A stretch of DNA of 64,000 nt from Negaprion brevirostris (lineage: Eukaryota), in the NCBI GenBank assembly GCA_030324005.1, contig JARDVH010000042.1, positions 47,509,987 through 47,573,986 on the forward strand, read 5' to 3'. A program made the translations under genes and the position numbers. Below the pieces are notes generated by a model, which worked only from the letters and a program-made list of their open reading frames with translations, was not told the origin of the DNA and did not search any database. Below, in pieces: positions 26,301-38,827 of the stretch. Each line of letters begins with the position of its first letter. Within the stretch, counting starts at the first letter, position 1.

Positions 26301-27239
26301 TGGAATGGATAGCGCTAGTTTTCATACAGCAGGCAGCAGCAATACCAAGATGCAACTTTAGCCTTGTTGCCATTATTTGGCTCTGCAATCATAAGAGATA
26401 AAGTCAGTCCTACGTATTCTGTGGCATAGCTATCATTAGCTACTTAGAAAATGCAACCTGCCCACATTGGGGAAGCACTCCAGTTGTGTAGTTCTACTGT
26501 GACTAACCATGACAGCATGTTATGAGGTCCTGTGCAGTATGCTGGATGGCAAATTAGCATTGCCCTCCTGTGTTTAGGTTAAAATTGGATAAAGATATGA
26601 TCAAATTTTAAAATCAAGATATTGTTTGACTGCGAACCAGTAAAGGTCAGCAAACACAAGGGTAATAGGGAAAAAGGACCTACTGCAAATTAAGCTGCAG
26701 GTCACAGAGTTTTGAAATACCTCAATATTATGAAGGATAGAATGTGGGAACAATAATTATGTTCAGAAGTATCAAAGGTATGAGTGAAGTGTCAGTAGTG
26801 AATGAGCTAAGGGGGTGAAGTAAAGCAAAGTTATAGAGATGGGAAAAAGGTGGTCCTGGTGATGGCACAAATATCAGGTCAGAAGATCAACTCAGAAGCA
26901 AACATGACATTGGTTATGCGCAGGCTTCCTTAATATGACTGTTACTAGGCAGAGGTAATGAAGCTGGTAGCAAGGCAACAAAGTTTTGAACTGGAGACCA
27001 AGGCAGCAGTGTCAGCCTTCCCAATATGTTGTTGAATATTAACATGATCAAAATATTAAATAATTACATTGATTTTAATAGACATTCAAATTAATCAAAT
27101 TGAAATTTAAAACTGACATAAGGAGCTTTTTTTACAGAATGAATGATCGGCATATGGAAAGATATTTCCAGACAGAACTGTGGAGGCGTAAGCCATGGAG
27201 TCATTTAACAAATGACTGGCTGACAAACTCAATTGTCCC

Positions 27240-27810
27240 TCACCCATTTTTGGACACAAACAATTTCAGCTGGAGCATTGGGTACAGTTCTAGGTGCCAC
27301 ACAATAGGAAGGAAGTGAACACATTGGAGAGGGTACAGAAGAGGTTAACAAGAATGGTTCCAGAGCTGAGAACCTTCAGTTATAAGGATAGATTGGAGAG
27401 GTTGGGTTGTTCTCTTTAGAAAGAAGTTTGATAGAAGATTTGATATAGATCTTCAAAATCAGGAGGGGGATGGGTTCTTGTACAGAGTGGATAGAGAAAA
27501 ACTGTTCCCCCTCATAAAAGGATCAAGAGCGAGACGGCACTGATTTCCAAATGTAATGCGAAATAAACTTTTTTACATTGCGAGTGGTTCAGGTCTGGAA
27601 TGCAGTGCGTGGAAGTGTGGTGGAGGCAGGCTCAATCAAAGCATTTAATAGGACGTTAAATGATTACTTGAATAGAAACAATGTGCAGCGTTATGGGAAA
27701 AGGGCAGGGGAATGACACGAAGCTATAGAGCTCGTGTGGAGAGTTGATGCAGACACAATGGGCAAATGGCCTCCTTTTGTAAAATAATAATTCAGTAATT
27801 CTGTGATCAA
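27240..27810 (+). mobile_element. Degenerate CR1 3' fragment
   Basis: LERVQKRLTRMVPEL, RVVQVWNA, aatggcctcc 3' UTR. Confidence 0.8.
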
Positions 27811-29619
27811 ATTTCTGGCCATAAAATGCTGCAGGGGTGTACAGCACCATTTCTCTGGATAGATAAACTCTGATGGTCCAAATTACCTCATGAATCTAGT
27901 CTAAGGAAAGGGATGAAACTGTCTCTCAACTGTAAGGTTCTGAAATGAAAGATGTACTTGCTGCCTCAATACGGTTGCAATAATAAGTTGAATCCAATCA
28001 GTAACTGCTACAAAGTACCAAGGGAAGATTTGGAAAGTGGAATAATACCACATTGTTGCACTAAGAGGTTGTTTTTCTGAAGTAGAAGCTCTGGAATATT
28101 GTTGGAATGGAGTCATGGAGTTTTAGTTTCAGCTAACTGTTTTATATCTCATCTGTGAATACTTGATGCTGACACTAGATGCATATAATAGAATTAACTA
28201 ACATTCTTCACTCTGGTGACTATAAATTTGTCCAAAACCTATGACAAATGAATTAATCTCACACTAATGGGTTAGGCATAAGGTTTAATGTTATTGACTT
28301 GTGCTCCTGATGAGGAACATTGCCTTAGGAACTCAACAGTTTTTCTGACAATTTCAATGAATGATCAGGAAACTGCACAGTGTGTCTAAATTTCCAATAT
28401 CTAAGGATCCCTAAGGGAGCTCAAAGTTGATAAATTAACCTTATAAAGGCAATTTGTGATAGGAAAGCAATTTTCTTCAGTACAGAATTTCGTAAGCCCA
28501 CTTTGGACCTCCACTGCCTTCAGTATGCTGTGTTTAGTGTTCTAAATTATTGGCAACCTATAGAGCAGTGACACTGAGAGGCAGAAACCTGGCCTAAATT
28601 TCTACTCGTCAGTTTAGGGGCACTAAAGCCAAAAAGCAAAGCTGACCATCCATCCATTTATTCACTGCTAATTTTGATAGCAGAGTCATATCAACGTCAG
28701 GTGAGAAGAATGTGACAATCTTGATCAAACTGTCTCCTGCTTGGGAGAGGGAAACTGGAGGTAAACTGAAGAAAAAAACATGAAAATACTCAGCTGGCAC
28801 GTGATGATAAAATCCATTGTCACTGCCATCTCCCTACCTCCGGTTCAGACATTTTTAATGCCCATTATCAATCTTCTCTTCAGGCTTTCTAATGTGTAGC
28901 TTCTGCTTTGATCTTCCATTGGGTATTTTCCTCCTGGGAATCTTTGGAAGGTGCAGAACTCTCACCATCAATTCAAATTGCTTGTCAAGCACTTTGGTTA
29001 CCTNNNNNNNNNNNNNNNNNNNNNNNNNNNNNNNNNNNNNNNNNNNNNNNNNNNNNNNNNNNNNNNNNNNNNNNNNNNNNNNNNNNNNNNNNNNNNNNNN
29101 NNNNNNNNNNNNNNNNNNNNNNNNNNNNNNNNNNNNNNNNNNNNNNNNNNNNNNNNNNNNNNNNNNNNNNNNNNNNNNNNNNNNNNNNNNNNNNNNNNNN
29201 NNNNNNNNNNNNACCCAGAGAAATGGTGCTTTACACCCCTGCAGCATCTTATGGCCGGAGATTTGATCACAGAATTACTATTTTCCTGAAGGAGGCCATT
29301 TGGCCCATTGTATCTGCAGTGACTCTCCACATGAGCTCTCTAGCTTAGTATGATTCCCCTGCCCTTTTCCCACAACCCTGCACATTATTTCTATTCAAGT
29401 AATAGCAGCTGCTATATCTCTTATTCCTTAACAAAATCCTTATTCCTTGACATTACATTGTACTCATTAATGAGAGTCGTAAGGCAGGATTTTCTGGCAG
29501 CGCTCACCCAAAATCTGGAGCTTCCCGCCCGAAGTCAATGGACCTTTGCATGGTCCCTGCTCCACCTGCGACGATTCCTGTTGGGGGCGGGACAGAAAAC
29601 TTTTGCAGACAGAGTAATA

Positions 29620-29795
29620 GAGTCATAGAGCAATACAGCATGGAAATAGGCCCTTCGGCCCAACCAGCCCATGCCGACTATGGTGCCCTCCCAGTTAGTC
29701 CCAATTGCCTGCATTTGGCCCATATCCCTCTAATCCTTTCCCATCCATGTACTTATCCAAATGCTTTTTAAATGTTACTATTGTACCTGCCTCAA
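29620..29795 (-). mobile_element. CR1 3' end
   Basis: EAGTI..FKKHLDKYM..EGYGPNAGNWD; agagtcatag tail. Confidence 0.85.
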
Positions 29796-32700
29796 TTATA
29801 AGCTTGTACTTGGTGGTAAGTATAATAAAAAGACAGGCAAAGAAAGTAAACACATACAGTAAAATGAGCTTAATCATCAAGTAGTATATGAAAATGAAGC
29901 TCCCAAGTCTTTGCTAAAAGTTTTTTAAGTTTAAGGGATTGGGTGTTGGATTGGTAAAATGTTGGCCTTTCTGCTTTTCGATCTGAGTTTATATTCAGCT
30001 AAGTCTCATGGGATTAAAGTCTCTAGTCTGCTGGCCGTAAGGAATTCTTGTGAAATCACTTGGATAATGACAATTCAGTTTCTACTTGGCCCTGATGTCG
30101 ACTGAAAATCTTCCTCCAATCCACCTCTCAATTTGATGCCAATTGTCACAAAACTAGTATTCAAAATGATATGGCAAGGAGGTCCTGCTGTAAGAGTGGA
30201 AAGAAATCTAAACATGTAACTACTGTACCTGATCTAGGAACCCTTGTTGCTGATACCAAGTACCTGAAACGGAACATGTACAATTTCCTGTATCCCTCAC
30301 TTTGATAAGCGTAAGATTAAAAATGTTGACAAGTTTTTTCCCAATCGAGGTACAAATCACCAAACCATCGTAGCCATTTCACACTGAAAGTGATTGCTCC
30401 ATCAACGCCTTGAGAACAATCAATAGCATTTTGTGGAAAACATTTGAGTTGCAATGGTAGGACTCTGTCCCACTGTGTATGATTAAAGTTAGACATGATT
30501 AAATGTCATACTCTGAGAATAAGCCACTCTGCCACACAACACTGCAAAAATAAAACCCATTTACTTTGATTTCTTCTAATTAGGGCAACAATGAAGCTGG
30601 TCAGCTCTACAGTTGGTCTTTTTAGGCCTGTTAACTCCTTGAAAATGAACTTGTAAGCTTCTTTGAAAACACAGGGGAATTCTATATTTTGTTGCAAATG
30701 ACGAGATGTCCTTGATTGTTGTCATTCTTGATCAGTGTGCTGTGGCGAGCCTGTGAAGCAGCAGGAATTTCCACCAGAGGTATTATAATTCTGTTAGCCC
30801 AGGCAATCTGGCATCATGCCAGGAATAAAATCAAGTTAAAAGGTACGATTGAAGATGTTATGATCATTATTATTTATTAAATTGTCCGTTAACAGAATTA
30901 ACAATTCCATGTTGGAAAGATGAAAATCCTCAAAAATGACCACAAAGCCGTAGCACCAAAAAATAATGCATGACTCTAGCAGCGGGAAGGATGTTCCGAT
31001 TCTCTATACAGAGCTCAGAACGTGAGAAGCATTAAGCAAGGAATAGACTAAATGGACCACTTAATATTTGGAATGCAGCCTTTGATTAAAGAACAGTTAT
31101 TATTTCAAAGTTTGCTGAAATATTAAATGGTTTGTTGAGTGAAAGATTTATAAAACTAGAAAATGGCAGATTTGACTGGAGATAATGTTGGGAGATAATG
31201 ACTTTGGATCTAAATAAGTATTGAGTTGCTGGATCAAAATCCTGGAACTCTCCCACCTCCACCACCCCCTCCCCATCCCATTTCCCCATCCTCCACCAGC
31301 ACTGTGGGTGTACTGNNNNNNNNNNNNNNNNNNNNNNNNNNNNNNNNNNNNNNNNNNNNNNNNNNNNNNNNNNNNNNNNNNNNNNNNNNNNNNNNNNNNN
31401 NNNNNNNNNNNNNNNNNNGTCCATTCTTGGAAAGGTGGAAAATTGTTCAGTTCCATAGACAGCTGGCACTTTGGATGTGGTGGGGTGGGGGCGGGGTGTG
31501 AAGGGGCTAGTGGTGGTAGGGGGGGGGAGGTAGTCCTGGATGGGGGTGGGTGTTTGAGCACAGTGGTTATGGGGGTGGTGTGGGAGATTATAGTTTTCTA
31601 TTGGATTGAACCCCACAATTGACATTGGACCCTAATTTGATTATGTTCGGCAGTCTTCCTCCTGCTTCAGCCTAATGGATAATGCAATTTACTGCCTTGC
31701 TTAAAACACAAGGGCTGGGATTTTCCCAAGCAACTCGCCGCAGAGACAGCCCACCATTGGTTGGCGAGGGGCAGGGCTGGAAAATCCACTGGCGTGAACA
31801 GCTGGAAAATTTGAGGTGTCAACAGCAAGATAGAAGCTGAATTTTAACTGATTGCTGTTCATTGTTCAGTCCTTGAGTTGATAATCTTTCCAAATGAAAA
31901 TATTGAAATAAGGTGCTTTAATGATAACATTGACATGGTACAGTTAAGTGTAAACAGTAAATATAGACTCATTCAGCTACTTGTTAAGGTCTCTGATTGT
32001 TGTAAATCCAGGAAAGATTAACTAAGTGCACAACTCTCATTGGGATCAATTTCAACCTCAGGTGTAGAAATGGGTGGGAAAGTGATGCTAATTGGGGTTC
32101 ATCTAAGTTAGAGAAATTGGTTGGCAGTAGGGTGGTTGTGAAATATTTTGGGCTTGCCACTTCTTAAAGCCAACCTATATTGCTGGCATTGTCATTGTTG
32201 ATGTATGCAGCTGTGGAACACCAGACACAATGTCGATTGCCGCAACACCCTGAGGTCCTTATCGAAAAAACAATCAAGGCTGGGAAACGGATCCTGTTTC
32301 TCTCAGAGTAGATAGGTGCCCTATCAAAGGTTAAAATTCATGGTGAAGTGGCTCACCCAATCAGCAACAAAAAATTGAATCCCAGAACCGGGCTGTAGTG
32401 CTGGAGAAACAGTAATGCCTTTACCCTTCTTCACATCTCTCTTACTCTGAATACAACACCACACATGTCCTGAGAATGAGAAATCCTTCCCTTGGCCAAG
32501 GTTTTCTGGCCATTACCGCCAGTGAGATCCTTTGATCCTGCTGAAAACAACTTCTCGCTGTGGGTTCCCCCTGTGGCAGAGGGTGTGAGCAATGGGAAAA
32601 CCTGTTAACAGCAGAGGGACTGGAATATTCTCATTGCCAGCCAATGGTAGGCAGCCTTTGCTGCACATTTGTATGAAGGGCCAGAGAATCATTGCCACAG

Positions 32701-33659
32701 GCTTTGGAGGGGTCAGCTTTCAACCAGTAAATATTCTTGTAAGCCAACCATTTCTCAATGTATTGTATATCCTGACACAGGATACTGCCTTGAGTCAGAA
32801 GTAGTTGGTGTGTCTACTATTTAGGGCTAGAACATAAGAAGCTGGAACTGGCAAAGGCTGTTCCACCATTCAACAAAGTCATAGCTGATCTTGTACACCA
32901 CTTTTCTGCACCATCCCCATATCTCTTAATCCGCTTTGTAGCGAAAAATCTAGTGACCCCTGTCTTGAATACTGACTGAGCATCCACAGTTCTTCATGAT
33001 TGCCTTAATGCACACTGCAGTTGAGAACTCTGCGCCGAAATCTGCGACATTGGCCGGAATTCTCTGATCTTGCCCATGGTTAGGATGCTCCAGTCCCGCT
33101 GCGGTGAATGGAAATTCAGCTGAGTGCTCGACATTGGAGAATTCCGACTGTTACTTCTGAGTTGTCTGTGCTGGTTTCATGCAGGTTTTGGACTATACCA
33201 CCTTCTCTGTCAGAGGTAGGCTGGGACACCAACTATGTGACAGCAGGGAAAAATGTTTTTTAATGTTTGAATAGAGAAATGAACAACTAAATTTTGCAAA
33301 AAGCTTCATTAACTGGAGATATGCTCATCTGTTTCTTCTCCTGGCCTCTACATTGAGTATATTCAGAGATTTCAATCTACATTTCAACTCACCTTGGCCT
33401 CTCACCTCTGTTTTTGATGCCCTGCTATCCTCCTTTAAACTCAGTCTCTATGGATACATTCTCCTACCCAACATACCAGCCTCTTGATTTGCCATTGTAC
33501 ATGGCCGCTGTTCCCCAGCTCTCAATCAGAGAAGATCACCTTAGAACTTTCCCTGTGTTTTTTTTTTGTACTGTCAACATCCTTTACCTTTTTTATTGCT
33601 GCCTCTTCTTTCATGCTTAATAAACACTTCACCAAATTATGTAAAGTTGCACTCTCAAA

Positions 33660-34820
33660 TGCCTAAAATCCGTGGTCCTCCATACATCTTCCATACACCC
33701 TTTTATAGTAGTTCATACACTGAACCACTTCCATCTTTCTAACTTCGATGCCTTTGGGGCCATTCCAGTTTCTTCACCTCGGCCACATTTATTCTAATGC
33801 TGCACCTTCCATACCATCCATTTAATATGCGTTCCATTTTCCTCAGCCGATGGTTCCCCTTCCACAGTGGTTATCAGTGCTCTCGACCACGTACTTTTCA
33901 TTTTCTGCACAACTGCTCTTGGCCCTTCACCATCCACCTCAGGCAAATCATTGGTTCCCCTTGCCGTCACCTTGTACCTCATCAATCTCCAATTTCAACA
34001 CATCGCCATTCCTGTCACCTCCATTGTAAGGCGCCCAACAAATATCTTCCTCTCCCCTTTCAGCATTCCAAAGGGATTGTTCCCTCCTCAGCACTCCGGG
34101 CTGCTCCTCAAACACCCTGAGGCCCCATTGCTTTTCCACTGCACCTTCCCAAGCAAACATAGAGATGCAATATCTGCCATTTTATCTCCTCCCTTCTCAC
34201 AATCCTGGTTCCAAAGACTCCTCGCAGGTGAGGAAGTGATTTACCAGTACTTCTTACAATTACACAAACTGTATTCACTGCTCCCAATGTCGTTGTTTCT
34301 ACACTGAGGAGATTAACTGCAGAACACCTCTATTCTGTTAGAATGTCTGACCCTGGCCATCTGGCCACCTGTTATTTTGATTCTCAATTTCACACACTGA
34401 GCATTGTTACACTGTCACTTACACTGTTTCAACGAAGTTCAACATAAACTCTCGGAACAGCACTTCACCTTCTGATGTTGCACTTGACAGCCTTCTGAAC
34501 TCAACGTTAAGTTCAACAATTCCAGGTCATGGTCTCTGCTCTGATAAAACACCTTCTAAACATTTTTTTCTTTGGGGAAAGAATGTGTCAATATCATTTT
34601 GTTCTCAACAACAACATATACAAATTAGCTTGGATTTTACTAGTTTTTTTTGGTTTAAGTTTAGAACGACAGTTGTTCATAATGATTCTGTCGTTCCCAT
34701 TTACATCACCCACAGACACATTTTTTAATTCTTGTCCCACTATATGCCCTTCAGTCGAGCTCCATTTTCCTTTTTGTCATTGAACCTGTCCTGTCACCCA
34801 CCCTATCCTCCTTCTTTTTC
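33660..34820 (+). mobile_element. Highly degenerate Penelope-like element
   Basis: Parallels 12935-13710 (caggtgaggaagtgatttacc..tgtattcactgctcccaatgt; gaacagcacttcaccttc). Confidence 0.65.
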
Positions 34821-34829
34821 ATTGGTGCC

Positions 34830-35100
34830 ATAAGTAGGCTTAGAATAACACTGCAATGAAGTTACTGCGAAAATCCCCTAGTTGCTACACTTTGGTGCCT
34901 GTTTGGGTACACTGAGGGAGAATTTAGCATGGCCAATGCTCCTAACCCGTACGTCTTTTGGACTGTGGGAGAAAACCGGAGCACCCGGAGGAAATCTACG
35001 CAGACACAGGGAGAACATACAGACTCCACGCAGTCACTCAAGCCAGGAATTGAACTTGGGTCCCTAGCACTATGAGGCACTAACCACTGTGCCACTGTGT
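34830..35100 (-). mobile_element. tRNA-derived SINE
   Basis: Same family as 18905-19203. Confidence 0.85.
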
Positions 35101-36098
35101 CACCTCACAGAGTTTGGGCTGGATTTTCACCATGGAAGTGGAAGGTAGGAGCCGAGCTTTTATCAGAAATCCATCTCCGGGGAAATGGATTATAGTTAAG
35201 ATTTTGATATGGGGAAATGCTTAATAGATATGGAGATGGGTTTCCTGCTCATTAGAACCAGTAGAGGAAGGAATGGAGGTGGAAAAAGTGTGGAAGTCAT
35301 CTAGCTACCCAATGCCGCCATCACTGAGTCTACTGGCTGCTCTGAGGGAGAGCACTATTGTTTCAGCCACAGTACCAGTGTTACCACTGCATAGTACTTG
35401 TGCTCACAGACCAGTTAGATATTGTGGGAGTAAATCCCTTCCTATTGATGAATTTGATGGACTTTGGATCATAGAATCATAGAATTCTATGTGCAGAAGG
35501 AGGCCATTCAGCCCATTGAGCCAGTACTGGCAACAATCCCAAGCCCTATCCCCATAACCCAATGCATTTACCCCGCTAATCCCCCTGACATTAGGGGTCT
35601 ATTTATCATGGTCAATTCACCTAATCTGCATATCGGTGTCCTGATAGCCACATGGGTACAATGATTCTCTGTGCCTAAGCAAATCCAGCAATAGCAGTGA
35701 AACCCAATATCCTCTGTCCCTATAAGGCTGTGTATGTTGTGAAATTAATGCACTATCAGCTCTGGAAAAGAGGACTTTAGTAACAAACGACATGCAGTGG
35801 TGTGTTGCCATGTTTGATGTGCCAAAAGGAGGGCAGTGGATTCTTGTAAGGAGAAGTGAAGAAGTTCAAAGGCATATTGACTTTGACCATAGTGTTGGGG
35901 CTGGGGAGGCTGAGCTTTAGTCCTGGTTTGGTATCCATTTGGCTTCAACATTAATTTCTGAAGGAAGTAATCACACAGGGATAAAAGAGAGCTTTAATTT
36001 TAAGAAGTAGTCTTCTAAAATACCTTCTAATCCTACTTTCTTTGGGGAAAGAAAGTGTTAATGTCATTTTATTCTTAAAAGCAACTTATACAAACTAT

Positions 36099-36717
36099 GG
36101 CCATGATTTTACAAGATCTCAGACAATATGCTGGGATTTGGGTGGGCTGAGGGTGGTGTGCTCACCACCTTCCACTGCTGCTGACATCTTACCATTGGTA
36201 GAAAGGTGGAGAAGCTAATTGAAGCCCATAAGTGGCCCATTAAGTGCCCATTCCCAATTTTTCAAACCTTCCACTGCACGTAGAGACTGCTAGATATTCC
36301 CTGGTAGTTCTCCTAGTTGGGCACATTGTGGCTCACACAGGGCCATCTCAGTGGCAAGGGCTGCTCCTGGTAGGAAGGATCCCTCTACCCCACACACCTG
36401 CCCTCACCAAACACCATTCCTCCCACTTTCTGGACCTTCTGACTAGCTCTGGTGACCCTGATTCCACTTACCTTGGTTCTAGCAAGTGTCAGTGCTGCTA
36501 CTCCAGGCTGGATGGTGCTGCTGGGACAGCAGAATTACCAGTCCTCCAATTGCCCAGCATTTCCTTGGAATTGTATTGTGTTCCTGAAAGGGCTGGGACT
36601 CTAACACCAGGATCAGGCTCTTATTTGCTTGATGGATATAAAATTTAATTGGGGCTCCCAGAAACAGCCGAGGTGAGACTGTCATCAACTTTCCAGCTGC
36701 CCCATAAAATGCTGGCC
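36099..36717. mobile_element. Non-autonomous Harbinger-type DNA element
   Basis: TIRs ggccatgatttta / taaaatgctggcc with TAT on both sides. Confidence 0.6.
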
Positions 36718-38383
36718 TATGTGTTATAAGCATCCTAATCAATCTTTCAAATTATACCAATGTGTCATTAAAGAACTACAAAAAGACTTATCAAAGACTG
36801 TTTAGTGAAAATGGTATCCCTTTCAAATCAATGAGTTCTTCTGGACTGGAAAAACCCATTGTGGCTGGACTGTTCTGAGCTCTTGCAATTTATCTGATTT
36901 GCAGTGGTTATCAAACATTTGGGTTGCCTTTGACCCTGAGATTTAAATCGGTCACTTACGGCGATCTTTGGAACCTGCAGACAATTGTTAAATGGTACAT
37001 GTGCGTGGGATACCTAAACGTCTCCACTCATACTTCAGATAAAAAAGCTCACATTCTACTGAACAAGAATATCTCTGCACCACTAACATATACTTAAAAT
37101 GTCTGACTGATTAAACTACTTTCTGAGATCACTGATTCTTGCATACGCTGTATTGCTGGCCTAAGTATTAGGTTAGTGCCTATCGATGATTAACTTCCAA
37201 TTGCTGCACCAACATACTTGGCACAAGAAAACCAGTGTCATTTTGTTACACTAGACCGTTTGGGAGAAATTAGAATGAGATTAAAAATTCATTTCAATCC
37301 AAGACAGATCAAGAGAAACTGAACTCAAAGCAGTTTAAGAAATGCTAAATATACTTGAATATGTGGCAATTTGTTGAGAAAAGTACTCAAGATGTAAAAA
37401 GGCTTATGTAAGCTATCGTCCAACTCTGTGTTGTCACATTGCTGGAGATGAATGAATGTAACAAACAACTGGGAAAATTTTGCATGCCTTGCTGTTTTTA
37501 AGTATATGTGCATTTGTGATATAATCAATATTAAACAGGCAGCAATGTTTCTTCAAGTCTGATGTGATTGATAAACTGACTTTAATGATGTGTGACACTT
37601 GAGGGTAGTGATCAATGACAGACTCAGGAGATTTTTCTGCTGATTAGTGCTGATAATTTGACACAGCCAATACTAATAGAAGGTTCACATATGTTGAATG
37701 TAGCTTATCATCACACATCCTGAAGTGGTCGTGTGATGGTAATGTCACTGGACTAGTAATCCAGAGGCCTCGGGTAATGCTCTGGGGACTTGGGTTCAAC
37801 TGATGAAGTTTGAAATCAATAAAATCTGGAATTAGAAATCAAATGATGATCAATGAGTGCTGGAGAATCTGGGGAGAATAGTCGGCTGTGCAGCTGGCTT
37901 GCAGTACACTGCTTTATTAGCCTGAGCCAGCACTTGGAAAAAAAGATCCTGGAAAATTCCACCCATAGGGTGGAAGGGATGGAGATGGAGATACATTTCC
38001 CACTGTGGATGCTGCTGGAAATTCACACGATACCTTGTAACCCAGGCCTCATGAATTATGCAACTGGAGTGTTCCCAACATTCCTTGCCTCCCTGGGTGT
38101 CCTGCTTGGTGAAGTGGAGGCTAGGAGATACATCCTCTGTACACAGGCTGGGCTGAGAGGACTGAGCAGGGAGACAATTCCTGCAGCAAAGCTCTATTCA
38201 CTGTATAAGTAAAGGGTGTTGATGATGGAAGACCAGCCTTGATAAGATTATTATAAACACAGCAACTATTCATTGGCACATTTATCCTATATATTTCAAA
38301 AACTCTGTTACGATCAACTGAGGAGTGGGAAAAAAGGGAGAGTTCATGCACCAACCCTTACCCAGTTGCAACATTGCATTTAT

Positions 38384-38827
38384 GGGTAGAATTATGGTGA
38401 GTGATTGGCACTCGCCATCCCAAGAGCCGGCACCTAACGTGAAGCTGTCGACTCTAAGTCCCACCGCCATTTGCAAAGTGATAGCAAAGTTGGGGGGTAG
38501 GATGGGGAGAGGGGGGTGGGATGGACGGGTGGGAGTGGAGATACCCTTCTTTCCCACCCAAGATGGGGGAAAAGTGAAAATGTCACTTTCCTGCACCCAC
38601 GCCTGCCAGGCTCGAAATTGAGGCCGAGTGGGATAAAGCCAGTAAGTGGCCACTTGAGGCCCTTAACAAGTGAATGGGTGGATTTCACGCTCGAGGCCCT
38701 GCCCGTCCAAGCATGAGATTGTGTCTGGGTTTGGACGGGCGGGTTCCAGGGGGGAAATCCCGTCTATTCAATGTTATGCTTCCTCCAAGCCTCAGAACCT
38801 GCTTTGGGGAGAGAATAAAATTATGCC
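38384..38827. mobile_element. Non-autonomous Harbinger-type DNA element
   Basis: Ends gggtagaattat / aaaattatgcc; internal taagtggccact..ttaa motif also seen in 36099-36717. Confidence 0.5.

Noticed and set aside
28820-29003. Purine-rich exon-like stretch on the minus strand
   Set aside because: Starts at a gap edge; frames close quickly; no recognisable protein
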